Shown here: piece after piece, positions 30,782-38,917 of the stretch
Position numbering within the stretch: position 1 is the stretch's first letter
Layout: every line of letters starts with the position of its first letter
IMG/VR virus record: IMGVR_UViG_3300013413_000001
Location: 1-40,280 of that record
Length of the DNA stretch: 40,280 nt
From: a virus
Direction: 5' to 3' (one strand)
The notes under the pieces: generated by a model
Database searches by the model: none
What the model was told of the DNA's origin: nothing
Seen by the model: only the letters and a program-made list of their open reading frames with translations
Made by a program: the position numbers and the translations under genes

Positions 30782-31039
30782 ATGCAAGCCCTACACCCCA
30801 TCTTCGCGGACATCGTGTCCACATGGATTCCGCCGCAGCCTGCAGGTGTGACCGTCCGCCAGACGCGCTTCACGTCACCCATGGAAATCGAGTTTCGCGG
30901 CATCGACCGTGAAGCTGTGCAGCAGGCCGCAGAGCGTCGCAAGAACGGGCTCGACTCTTACCGTAGCCCCGCCGTGTCGATGACGCGCATGGAGCAAGGC
31001 GAGTGGGTGACGACGCTTCGGTTTTACGCAGTGGACTGA
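30782..31039 (+). CDS. Hypothetical early protein (85 aa)
   Basis: ATG 3 nt after the upstream stop. No motif recognised. Confidence 0.5.
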   Translation: MQALHPIFADIVSTWIPPQPAGVTVRQTRFTSPMEIEFRGIDREAVQQAAERRKNGLDSYRSPAVSMTRMEQGEWVTTLRFYAVD

Positions 31040-31059
31040 ACAACAACTAGGAGAGAGCA

Positions 31060-31404
31060 ATGCAAATCGAAGTTAAGGGCTTCGTGCTCGGCAAGAAGGA
31101 TTCGTGGCGCGATCACATCGACTACACGTTCCACACGGTGGAAATGCTGGAGCACGGCTACATGACGATTCAGCCGTACGTACTCCGCTTCGACCTACCG
31201 GAAGGCTTTGATCCACGCCTCGCGCAGATCGACATGCTGGAACGACAGAAGGAAAAACTCCGTGCTGACCTTGGCCGCCGCATCCAAGAGATCAACGAAG
31301 AGATCAGCAAGTTGCAAGCGATCTCGTATGTGATCGATGACGAGCCGCGGAAAAGACGCCGGCTGTTTCCGGCGACTTCACCGACATCCCGTTCTAAGGG
31401 GTAA
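31060..31404 (+). CDS. Hypothetical early protein (114 aa) with a coiled-coil segment
   Basis: AGGAGAGAG SD, and a helical segment LERQKEKLRADLGRRIQEINEEISKLQ. Confidence 0.55.
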   Translation: MQIEVKGFVLGKKDSWRDHIDYTFHTVEMLEHGYMTIQPYVLRFDLPEGFDPRLAQIDMLERQKEKLRADLGRRIQEINEEISKLQAISYVIDDEPRKRRRLFPATSPTSRSKG

Positions 31405-31406
31405 GC

Positions 31407-31676
31407 ATGAAAACCCTGCAAATCGAAATCGACGGCATCACCCTCCAAGTCACTGGCGTCTTCTGCGAAGGCTACGGCCCGACATGGAGCGATCCGGGCA
31501 TGGAGCCGAGCTTCGAGGTCTACGCGCTCACCGATAGTGGCGTGGACGTCCTGCATCTGCACGACGAAGCCGAAGTAGAGGCGCTGGCAATCGAAGCATG
31601 CCGCGCCGCCGACGAATATGAGCGCGATCACGCGGCAGAGTGCCGGCGTGAGGATGCGCGACTGGGGATGCTGTGA
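31407..31676 (+). CDS. Hypothetical acidic early protein (89 aa)
   Basis: ATG 2 nt after the upstream stop. Acidic composition. Confidence 0.5.
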   Translation: MKTLQIEIDGITLQVTGVFCEGYGPTWSDPGMEPSFEVYALTDSGVDVLHLHDEAEVEALAIEACRAADEYERDHAAECRREDARLGML

Positions 31677-31858
31677 TGCGACACCTTCCGGAAATCGACC
31701 CGCAGTTTGTTCGGCTCATGTCCGAAGAAACGCGAGAGGAAATTGCCAGGCAGTCGCGTGACCCGTGGGGTAGCGCGGCGCTCAAGGTGCTGTACGCGGT
31801 GCTGGCGCTCGTTGTGCTGGCTGTGGTGGTTTATCCGGTATGGGAGACGCTGAAATGA
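31676..31858 (+). CDS. Small membrane protein (60 aa)
   Basis: The ATG overlaps the upstream TGA. The C-terminus AALKVLYAVLALVVLAVVVYPVW is a TM segment. Confidence 0.5.
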   Translation: MRHLPEIDPQFVRLMSEETREEIARQSRDPWGSAALKVLYAVLALVVLAVVVYPVWETLK

Positions 31859-32268
31859 GTATGACCCCCGAGCAAAAGCTGAAGCACATGATCCTCGTAC
31901 ATTACGCCGGCCTGTATGAGCGCGCGCCTCGCGCACCGGAAAACGTGACGGCAGAGAACATCAACGCGCTGTACAGCGACGTCTACGACAACGACGACGG
32001 ATGCATTTTTGATGCGATCAACGAGGTGCGCAGCAGTGGCATCGAAACTGGCCTGAAGTGCGAGTGGTCGCGCCACTACGAGTCCGAGGCAGTCGCAACG
32101 CAGTACTTCGACAAGTCGTGGATCGGCTGGACCTATTGGTACGGCGGCGGCAAGCACGGCGAGCCGGAAGCCATCGACTGGATGGACGAGGCATATGACG
32201 TGACCTGCGCCGAGGAAGAAAAGATGGTCGTGGTGCGCACGTTCACCCGGCCCGAGGAGCAATCATGA
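31855..32268 (+). CDS. Hypothetical early protein (137 aa)
   Basis: ATGA overlap with the upstream gene. It has a conserved-looking WIGWTYWYGGGKHGEPEAIDW block. Confidence 0.55.
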   Translation: MSMTPEQKLKHMILVHYAGLYERAPRAPENVTAENINALYSDVYDNDDGCIFDAINEVRSSGIETGLKCEWSRHYESEAVATQYFDKSWIGWTYWYGGGKHGEPEAIDWMDEAYDVTCAEEEKMVVVRTFTRPEEQS

Positions 32269-32387
32269 GCAAGTGGATCGAACGCATGGATGCCGAGCAC
32301 CCGTTGCTGACCACGGTTGGCATGACGATTTTCATCCTCATCGGAATGGGGATGGCGGGATGGGCGGATTACCCACTGGCGGCCTAG
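32265..32387 (+). CDS. Small membrane peptide (40 aa)
   Basis: Hand-translated as MSKWIERMDAEHPLLTTVGMTIFILIGMGMAGWADYPLAA, with an ATGA overlap with the upstream gene. Confidence 0.4.
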   Translation: MSKWIERMDAEHPLLTTVGMTIFILIGMGMAGWADYPLAA

Positions 32388-32389
32388 CC

Positions 32390-32650
32390 ATGGACGCGCT
32401 GCAGTGGTGGGCGCAATGCGGTAGCCGGGAAGAGGCCGCAGAGCAGGAATCCCTGATCGAGTGCATGGAGTGGTACGAAGCCAGGCGCGATCAGTTCAAC
32501 CAATCAGACAAGGAATCAGACCATGAGCATCGCAACCATGATCATCGGGGAGAGCGGAACGGGCAAGAGCACGAGCCTGCGCAATCTAGATCCGAACAAC
32601 ACGCTGCTGATCCAGGCAGTGAGGAAGCCCCTCCCTTTCCGCTCCATTGA
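32390..32650 (+). CDS. Small hypothetical protein whose 3' part overlaps the Sak4-like gene by 128 nt
   Basis: The ATG follows the previous stop by 2 nt. The first ~44 codons have coding-like third-position GC. The overlapping tail does not. Confidence 0.35.
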   Translation: MDALQWWAQCGSREEAAEQESLIECMEWYEARRDQFNQSDKESDHEHRNHDHRGERNGQEHEPAQSRSEQHAADPGSEEAPPFPLH

Positions 32651-33185
32651 CTGGAAGCCGGTTGTAAAGGGCCAAGGCGGCTCGGTATTCGTGACTGACC
32701 ACAGCGACAAGATCGTCGGCGCGATGCAGCGCACGGACAAGGAAATCATCGTAATTGATGACTTCCAGTACGTGCTGGCAAATGAGTTCATGCGCCGCGT
32801 GACGGACAACGAGCAAGGAAACAGTGCTTTCGCCAAGTACAACGAGATCGCCCGACATGCGTGGGATGTCTTGATGGCGGCAAGCTCCCTGCCGGATCAC
32901 AAGCGCGTCTACATCCTGAGCCACACCAGCACCGATGACTTCGGCAAAACGAAGATCAAGACCATTGGGAAGCTGCTGGACGAAAAAATCGTCATGGAGG
33001 GGCTTGTCACCATTGTCTTGCGTACCGGCGTGACGAATGGCGAATACACCTTCAGCACCAAGAACAACGGCCAAGACACCGTAAAGGCACCGCTTGGCCT
33101 CTTTGAATCCGACCTGATCGAGAACGACCTCGCCATGGTGGATGCGGCGATTGCCGATTACTACAACCTCAAGCAAGCAGCCTGA
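32523..33185 (+). CDS. Sak4-like RecA-fold ATPase (single-strand annealing / recombination)
   Basis: It has an N-terminal Walker A IIGESGTGKST and Walker B-like IIVIDDF. Its size and its pairing with the downstream SSB-like gene are typical. Confidence 0.65.
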   Translation: MSIATMIIGESGTGKSTSLRNLDPNNTLLIQAVRKPLPFRSIDWKPVVKGQGGSVFVTDHSDKIVGAMQRTDKEIIVIDDFQYVLANEFMRRVTDNEQGNSAFAKYNEIARHAWDVLMAASSLPDHKRVYILSHTSTDDFGKTKIKTIGKLLDEKIVMEGLVTIVLRTGVTNGEYTFSTKNNGQDTVKAPLGLFESDLIENDLAMVDAAIADYYNLKQAA

Positions 33186-33198
33186 AAGGAAATCAAAC

Positions 33199-33873
33199 AT
33201 GTACACACTCGATAAGCAAGCCGCCATGAATGCTGACTCCACCGGCAAGTGGCTCACTGAAACCGGCAAGTACATCGGCCGCATCCTTTGCGCCGAGGAC
33301 ATCAAGGCTGCCACCGGTACCCGCGGCATCGCTCTGACGCTGCAGGCCAATGATTGCCGCGAGACTCGCCAGTTCATCTACACGCAGAAGGCCGATGGCG
33401 AAAAGCTCTCTGGCTTCGATCTGGTGATGGCACTTATGACCTGCCTGAAGCTGCGTGACATCAAGCCCGTCGCGGGCCAGGTGAAGCGTTGGGACCGTGA
33501 ATCCAAGCAGGAATACACCGAGCAAGGTCAGGTGTTCCCGGAACTGGCAAACAAGCCCATCGGATTTCTGCTGCAGAAGACCGAAGAGGAAAGCCGCAAG
33601 AACCCGGGCGAGACGGCGTGGACCGCGAAGCTCGTCGGCGTTTTTGAGTCGACCACCGAGTTGATGGCGTCAGAAATCCTGAACGGGAAGAAGGCTCCCG
33701 AGGCTCTGGCGCAACGCGTCGCTCTGCTTGCCGATCGCCCGATGAAGAAGCGCCCTCAGGCCGCCAGCCGCAATTCGTACGCGGATGCGTCGAATGGTGG
33801 CGGCGCTGGATTTCCCGACGACGATATTCCCTTCTCCGCACACATGAGCGGGCGTGCTGGCCTCGCCATCTAA
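33199..33873 (+). CDS. SSB-like protein (DUF669-like) carrying a DDDIPF motif near the C-terminus
   Basis: AAAGGAAA SD. A Gly-rich linker is followed by FPDDDIPF. It lies adjacent to the Sak4-like ATPase. Confidence 0.5.
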   Translation: MYTLDKQAAMNADSTGKWLTETGKYIGRILCAEDIKAATGTRGIALTLQANDCRETRQFIYTQKADGEKLSGFDLVMALMTCLKLRDIKPVAGQVKRWDRESKQEYTEQGQVFPELANKPIGFLLQKTEEESRKNPGETAWTAKLVGVFESTTELMASEILNGKKAPEALAQRVALLADRPMKKRPQAASRNSYADASNGGGAGFPDDDIPFSAHMSGRAGLAI

Positions 33874-33883
33874 GGAGTCGATC

Positions 33884-34396
33884 ATGACCGCACTGAGCCT
33901 TTACACCCTTTCCGATGAAGTCGAGCGCCTCCTGAGTAGCGACGAAGCGTACGACGCCGAGACCGGCGAACTGTCGCCCGCACTCGTGCAAGCGCTGGAT
34001 GCGACGAAAGACAAGGCAGCCAACGTCTGTGCATACATCCTGAATCAGGACGCCCAGATCGTCGCCATTGAGCAGCACGAGGCAAAGATTGCCGCACACA
34101 AGGCAGTGATCGTGCGCAAGCAAGAGCGCCTGCGCGAATACCTCGCTGCCAATATGAAGCGCACCGGCATCCTCGAAATCGCCGCCAACGATGGCACGTT
34201 CAAGGCCAAGTTGCATATCGACCGTGACGCATCGGTCGAGATCTACGACGACAAGCAGATCCCGGCGCAGTTCATGACCACGCCGAAGCCGCCCGAGCCG
34301 AAGCCGAGCAAGACGGAGATTGCCAAGGCCATCAAGGCGGGCACCGAAGTGCCAGGTGCCCGGATCATCAAGAAGGACCGCTTGGAACTGAAATGA
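33884..34396 (+). CDS. Gp157-like protein
   Basis: AAGGAG SD. The helical N-terminus LSDEVERLLSSDEAYDAETGELSPAL and the IP..F...PKPP C-terminal pattern resemble the siphovirus Gp157 family. Confidence 0.45.
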   Translation: MTALSLYTLSDEVERLLSSDEAYDAETGELSPALVQALDATKDKAANVCAYILNQDAQIVAIEQHEAKIAAHKAVIVRKQERLREYLAANMKRTGILEIAANDGTFKAKLHIDRDASVEIYDDKQIPAQFMTTPKPPEPKPSKTEIAKAIKAGTEVPGARIIKKDRLELK

Positions 34397-34737
34397 GCGA
34401 CGAAGCCGAAATCAACATCTTCAAATGCCTGGACTTCATCCGGGATAACGCGCCGCAGTATGCGCAGGCTAAGGCCAATCGCGTCTATCTCGAAGAGTTC
34501 CGCAAGAGCAAGAAATCGCTACTGATGAAGCGGGCAGAGGTAAACGGTCACAACGCAGTCAGTGCGCAGGAGCGGGAAGCCTACGCCGATGCCGGGTACA
34601 TCCAGCACCTTGAGGCCCTGAAAGAGGCTGTGGCGAACGAAGAGGAACTGCGCTGGATGATGATCGCGGCGCAGGCAAAGATTGAAGTATGGCGCACCCT
34701 CGAATCGTCGCGCCGGATCGAAGCAAAGACGCTGTAA
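34393..34737 (+). CDS. Hypothetical helical protein (114 aa)
   Basis: ATGA overlap with the upstream gene. Charged, helical composition. Confidence 0.5.
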   Translation: MSDEAEINIFKCLDFIRDNAPQYAQAKANRVYLEEFRKSKKSLLMKRAEVNGHNAVSAQEREAYADAGYIQHLEALKEAVANEEELRWMMIAAQAKIEVWRTLESSRRIEAKTL

Positions 34738-34747
34738 GGAGCGAGCA

Positions 34748-35194
34748 ATGTCAGGTGACGATGTAGTTCGATCAGACGAGGAACGCAAGCGCAGGTACAT
34801 GGAGCGCATGGCAAAGCGATCCGCAGAGAGGTCCGCGATGCTGGACAAGTGCATCGAGGTGATCAACGCGCTTGGCTCGGCAACGGTCCGCGAACTCAGA
34901 GAACACCTGGGACTCGTGGATGTCACCGCAAGAAAGTACATGCGGAGCTTGTATGAATCGAAGCGCGTCTATGTCTTTGACCATGTATGGATTGAGGGCT
35001 GCAAACAGCGCGTGCCGCTGTTCAAGGTCGGGAATCTGCCTGATGAGCCGATCGAAGTTCTGCAAGAGCCGACACACGTCGTCAGAGAGGATCTGGAAGG
35101 CGAAGCGCTGGCAAAGATCGACGCGAACAAGAAGCACGAGGCATGGGCAAAACAATGGACGCCGCACCGCGACATCGCCGCATCCTGGATCTGA
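34748..35194 (+). CDS. Hypothetical protein with a winged-helix-like segment
   Basis: Internal ATG with a GGAGCGAG SD. It contains LGSATVRELREHLGLVDVTARKYMRSLYESKRV. Confidence 0.45.
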   Translation: MSGDDVVRSDEERKRRYMERMAKRSAERSAMLDKCIEVINALGSATVRELREHLGLVDVTARKYMRSLYESKRVYVFDHVWIEGCKQRVPLFKVGNLPDEPIEVLQEPTHVVREDLEGEALAKIDANKKHEAWAKQWTPHRDIAASWI

Positions 35195-35204
35195 GGACTA
35201 AGAC

Positions 35205-35567
35205 ATGACCACCACCCAACCCCAAGCGGGTAGCGAGATGACGGTGAAGGATGCGATACGACGCGCCTTCTACCTTGGCCAGACCTACTGGCAGCAAGCG
35301 GACAGCGAGTACGTATCGCAGAACAAGAAGGCCGATGAGACGATGGCCAAATACGAGACGCTGGTCGAGGAAACGCTGGCCATCCTGGCGCGCGACTACG
35401 CCCCGGAAGCGTTGGGCGCTGCGAAGGGGGAGTTGAGCGATGAACAAATTGTTCACATTGCAAATGAAACATCGGCAACCTGCACATCTTGTGAATGGCT
35501 ATTCGAGTGTGAGCATCTTATGACATTCGCCCGCGCCATCCTCGCCAAAGCAAAGGAGCAATCGTGA
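35205..35567 (+). CDS. Hypothetical protein (120 aa)
   Basis: GAGGA SD. No motif recognised. Confidence 0.5.
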   Translation: MTTTQPQAGSEMTVKDAIRRAFYLGQTYWQQADSEYVSQNKKADETMAKYETLVEETLAILARDYAPEALGAAKGELSDEQIVHIANETSATCTSCEWLFECEHLMTFARAILAKAKEQS

Positions 35568-35731
35568 AGGCGTTCAAAACCACGAGCAACCAATGGGGCC
35601 TCGGAATTGGGCTGCGGCGATCCACGATCTATGGCGATAACCGCTGGATGCTGTGGATCACATATGGCTATTCGAGCGCCACATGGTCGTGGAAACGGAA
35701 CCCTAATCGCCCTATTGAGGAGCAAGCATGA
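35564..35731 (+). CDS. Small Trp-rich hypothetical protein (55 aa)
   Basis: GTG in a GTGA overlap with the upstream stop, and its own stop forms an ATGA overlap with the next start. Hand-translated as VKAFKTTSNQWGLGIGLRRSTIYGDNRWMLWITYGYSSATWSWKRNPNRPIEEQA. Confidence 0.4.
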   Translation: MKAFKTTSNQWGLGIGLRRSTIYGDNRWMLWITYGYSSATWSWKRNPNRPIEEQA

Positions 35732-36144
35732 GCCAAGACAACGCCACCGCACGCCAAGCGGGGATGACGGATGAGCAATACGCCGACATGGCCGCTGACT
35801 ATGGCGTCTACCACGATGCCGATAACGCCATCATCGGACGGTTCTGTCGAGCTATCCTCGCCGCCCATTCTGCGGATGCCCGCAATGGGGAGGGGGTGGC
35901 GCTGAGCGAGCACCAGTGGCATGAAGCATTCGCTGCGAAGGCCATCAACGGCGCGATGCTGAATGTGCGTATGGCGGTAGAGATCGTAATGGAAACCCTT
36001 GCCGCGCCCGCCGCACCAGTGCCGCCCGATTTGGCGCCATGCATTGGGCAGTGTGGCAATGCCGTGCCAGCATCTGGTGATCGCATCTGCTATGAGTGCC
36101 GTGAATCTGCCCCGGCACCCGCTGCGCAGGCTGACAAGGAGTAG
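35728..36144 (+). CDS. Hypothetical protein (138 aa) with C-terminal Cys pairs
   Basis: GAGGAG SD, with a CIGQCG...CYEC pattern. Confidence 0.5.
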   Translation: MSQDNATARQAGMTDEQYADMAADYGVYHDADNAIIGRFCRAILAAHSADARNGEGVALSEHQWHEAFAAKAINGAMLNVRMAVEIVMETLAAPAAPVPPDLAPCIGQCGNAVPASGDRICYECRESAPAPAAQADKE

Positions 36145-36147
36145 CCC

Positions 36148-36624
36148 ATGGATACGCCTTGCATCATCTGGCCGAACTGCAAAGACAAGTTCGGCTATGG
36201 ACAAGTCAGGCACAAAGGGAAGATGGTTAAGGCGCATCGTCTTGCGTACTGCCGCCATCACGGCTTGGACATCCATGCGCTTAATGGTCTCGTGATCCGC
36301 CATAAGTGCGACAACACAAGCTGCGTCAATCCAGAACATCTGGAGACTGGAACCAATGACCAGAACATGGCCGATATGGTGAAGCGCGGCAGATCCCCAT
36401 GCGGGGAGCGAAATGCTCAGGCCAAACTAACGGCTGCTCAGGTTTTGGAGATCGTGGCGACGTACGTCCATGGCAGCAAAGAATTCGGAGCACGCGCACT
36501 TGCCGAGAAACACGGCGTAGTGCCAGCCTCGATTACGGAAATCATGACTGGGAAGAAATGGAAGTCTGTCACCGCTGGAATATTGAGCCAGCGCGAGCGG
36601 CAACAGGAGGCGGATCGTGGCTAA
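36148..36624 (+). CDS. HNH endonuclease
   Basis: VKAHRLAY...IRHKCDNTSCVNPEHLETGTNDQNMAD is a classic HNH core. AAGGAG SD. Confidence 0.8.
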   Translation: MDTPCIIWPNCKDKFGYGQVRHKGKMVKAHRLAYCRHHGLDIHALNGLVIRHKCDNTSCVNPEHLETGTNDQNMADMVKRGRSPCGERNAQAKLTAAQVLEIVATYVHGSKEFGARALAEKHGVVPASITEIMTGKKWKSVTAGILSQRERQQEADRG

Positions 36625-36856
36625 GAAAGACGCCGACATTCTGCGAAACGTTGCGCACCATCTCAATGCAGCCGAGGACGCTCTTGCGAATGCGGTGGCG
36701 GAGTTTGGACCGCGTGCCGGTGGCCTTCGCTATTTCCTTGGATCGGTTGCAGACTACAAGAAGATGGTCGGTACGATGCTGCGCGTCCGATATATCAAGA
36801 GTCGAATTTCTCGTGCAGTGGCGCGCACCGAATCGGAGGGCGGGAACAATGGCTGA
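36617..36856 (+). CDS. Hypothetical protein (79 aa)
   Basis: GTG start with an AGGAGG SD. It overlaps the HNH stop. Confidence 0.45.
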   Translation: MAKKDADILRNVAHHLNAAEDALANAVAEFGPRAGGLRYFLGSVADYKKMVGTMLRVRYIKSRISRAVARTESEGGNNG

Positions 36857-37214
36857 GAATCTGAATGCATCGGCAATCGCCGACGCACTGGAAGCAGAAT
36901 ATCTGGCCGTCGCAAATGGGCAGAAGAAGCCCGGGAAGATAGATCTTGAAGCGATGGTGCGAGCTGTGCAGATTATCCGAGAACTGGAGCGCGCCAGCCA
37001 GCCTGGTGGCGGGGAGGTACTCAGCGGATATGTGGCCGTACCTGCGGAGCCGACCGAGCAATGGTGCAAGCGGCTTTCCGAGAAAAGCTACGGCACCGGT
37101 TACGTTAGCGACAAGGCACGGCTCAAGTTCTGCGAGAACGTCATCCGCGATGTTCTCTCTACTGCGCCTCAGGTAGACGCAGCCCGCGCCGCGCTGGCCG
37201 GAAGGGAGGGGTGA
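36849..37214 (+). CDS. Hypothetical protein (121 aa)
   Basis: Internal ATG (MAENLNAS) overlapping the upstream stop by 8 nt. Confidence 0.5.
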   Translation: MAENLNASAIADALEAEYLAVANGQKKPGKIDLEAMVRAVQIIRELERASQPGGGEVLSGYVAVPAEPTEQWCKRLSEKSYGTGYVSDKARLKFCENVIRDVLSTAPQVDAARAALAGREG

Positions 37215-38455
37215 TGCGATACCTATCCGTTTGTTCCGGAATCGAAGCCGCGAGCTGCGCCTGGCACCCGATGGGATGGAGCTCGTTCGCCTTCAGTGAG
37301 GTGGATCGGTTTCCGTCCGAAGTTCTAGCGCACCACTACCCGACCGTGCCCAACCTGGGCGACATGACCAAGTTCAAGGACTGGCCCGATGCAACTATCG
37401 ATCTTCTCGTCGGAGGAACACCTTGCCAATCCTTCAGCGTCGCGGGACTTCGAAAGGGACTGGCTGATCCGCGTGGCAACCTCATGCTCACCTATCTTGC
37501 CATTGCTGAGCGCTACGCTCCCAAGTGGCTGGTTTGGGAAAACGTCCCCGGTGTCCTGTCTTCAAACCAAGGACGGGATTTTGGCACCTTGCTCGGGGGG
37601 CTGGCAGAACTCGGGTATGGGTTCGCCTACCGCGTTCTTGACGCTCAATACGTCCGAGTGGAATCACACTCTCGCGCCGTCCCTCAGCGACGTCGGCGTG
37701 TGTTCGTTGTTGGACATCTTGGAGACTGGCGACGTGCCGCCGCAGTACTTTTTGAGCGCGAGAGCATGCTCGGGCATCCTGCGCCGCGCCGCCAAGCGGG
37801 GGAAGCAGTTGCCGGATGCCTTAGCCCGGGCGCTCATCCAGGTGGCTTCAATGGACAGGACGCATACGAAAACAAGTTGATACCCGAAATTGCTCGCGCG
37901 CTGACGACCAGCAACCAGAGAATTGATGCGGAGACGGAGACGTTGCTCGTTGCGCATTCCCTACGCGCTGAAGGCTTTGACGCCAGTGAGGACGGCACGG
38001 GCCGCGGGACGCCGCTGATTCCTGTGCCGTTCGACACCACGCAGATCACTAGCAAGGCTAATTACAGCAATCCGCGCCCTGGTGATCCGTGCCATCCGCT
38101 GGCGGCTGGAGCTCATGCTCCAGCCATCGCCTTCGACTGCAAGTCAAGCGGCCAGAACGGTTTCGCTATCGGCGATATTGCTGGCACGCAGCGCGCGATG
38201 GGCCATGCGAACAGCCATACGAACGGCGGCGGTCACCAAGCTGTGGCCTATGGCAGCGCAGTGCGCCGTCTCACACCTCGCGAGTGCGAACGTCTGCAGG
38301 GCTTCCCTGATGACTACACCGCCATCCTGCGTGCATGCAAAGGCGCAAAAGATGGCCCGCGCTACAAAGCGCTTGGCAACAGCATGGCAGTCAACGTAAT
38401 GCGATGGATCGGCTCGCGCATCGATGACGTGAGCCAGTTACCGATAGCCGCCTAA
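37214..38455 (+). CDS. dcm: DNA (cytosine-5)-methyltransferase
   Basis: Motif I is SVCSGIE, motif IV PCQSFSVAG, motif VI ENVPG, motif VIII QRRRRVFVV, then RRLTPRECERLQGFPDDYT and motif X GNSMAVNV. The start could also be GTG at 37211. Confidence 0.9.
   Translation: MRYLSVCSGIEAASCAWHPMGWSSFAFSEVDRFPSEVLAHHYPTVPNLGDMTKFKDWPDATIDLLVGGTPCQSFSVAGLRKGLADPRGNLMLTYLAIAERYAPKWLVWENVPGVLSSNQGRDFGTLLGGLAELGYGFAYRVLDAQYVRVESHSRAVPQRRRRVFVVGHLGDWRRAAAVLFERESMLGHPAPRRQAGEAVAGCLSPGAHPGGFNGQDAYENKLIPEIARALTTSNQRIDAETETLLVAHSLRAEGFDASEDGTGRGTPLIPVPFDTTQITSKANYSNPRPGDPCHPLAAGAHAPAIAFDCKSSGQNGFAIGDIAGTQRAMGHANSHTNGGGHQAVAYGSAVRRLTPRECERLQGFPDDYTAILRACKGAKDGPRYKALGNSMAVNVMRWIGSRIDDVSQLPIAA
37389..37880 (+). 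CDS. 163-codon ORF fully embedded in dcm in the +1 frame (candidate overlapping gene)
   Basis: ATG is preceded by AAGGA at an 8-nt spacing. A hand count over 37680-37880 gives third-position GC of about 80 percent in this frame and about 52 percent in the dcm frame. The peptide contains CSLLDILETGDVPPQYFLSARACSGILRRAAKRGKQLP. Confidence 0.4.
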   Translation: MQLSIFSSEEHLANPSASRDFERDWLIRVATSCSPILPLLSATLPSGWFGKTSPVSCLQTKDGILAPCSGGWQNSGMGSPTAFLTLNTSEWNHTLAPSLSDVGVCSLLDILETGDVPPQYFLSARACSGILRRAAKRGKQLPDALARALIQVASMDRTHTKTS

Positions 38456-38500
38456 CCGCCCCACCGCCGATTATCCGGCGCAGAGAAATGGAGAGCAACG

Positions 38501-38854
38501 ATGAATGACCGGGAACTATTGGAACTGGCGGCTAAGGCTGCGGGGATTGTGCCAGCACCGAATCCGTTTGATGTCGGCCCTAACGTTGGCATGGCAGTCA
38601 TTGGGTGGGGAGACAGGGCTGGCCGCGAAATTGGATGGAATCCGCTCACCAGAGATGGCGACGCACTGCAGCTGGCGGTGAAGTTGCGGCTTTCCATCAA
38701 CTTGGATGCTCATCCAGTAGTCGGCATAGAAAACAACCGACTACCAAGGGTGTTTATCTGCGTTATGGCTGAGGATGACGACCCTGAAGCATACGCTGCC
38801 ACGCGCCGCGCCATCGTCCGCGCTGCTGCAGAGATCGGTAAGAAGAAAGACTGA
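38501..38854 (+). CDS. DUF2591-like phage protein
   Basis: NDRELLELAAKAAGI...WNPLTRDGDALQLAVKLRL is typical of this family. GGAGAG SD. Confidence 0.55.
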   Translation: MNDRELLELAAKAAGIVPAPNPFDVGPNVGMAVIGWGDRAGREIGWNPLTRDGDALQLAVKLRLSINLDAHPVVGIENNRLPRVFICVMAEDDDPEAYAATRRAIVRAAAEIGKKKD

Positions 38855-38917
38855 TGCAAGCAGCAGCACAACGAGTGATCGAATTGACCCGCCGTCTGTG
38901 GCGGATTGGAGAGTCGG

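Noticed and set aside
30045-30787. Long minus-strand ORFs (218 and 214 aa) and alternative-frame ORFs across the 27-bp repeat block
   Set aside because: They exist only because a stop-free 27-bp unit is repeated 17 times. Their products are monotonous (QWQRRS..., CSGSAGVAR...). The + frame has an SD, a start and non-repetitive flanking domains.
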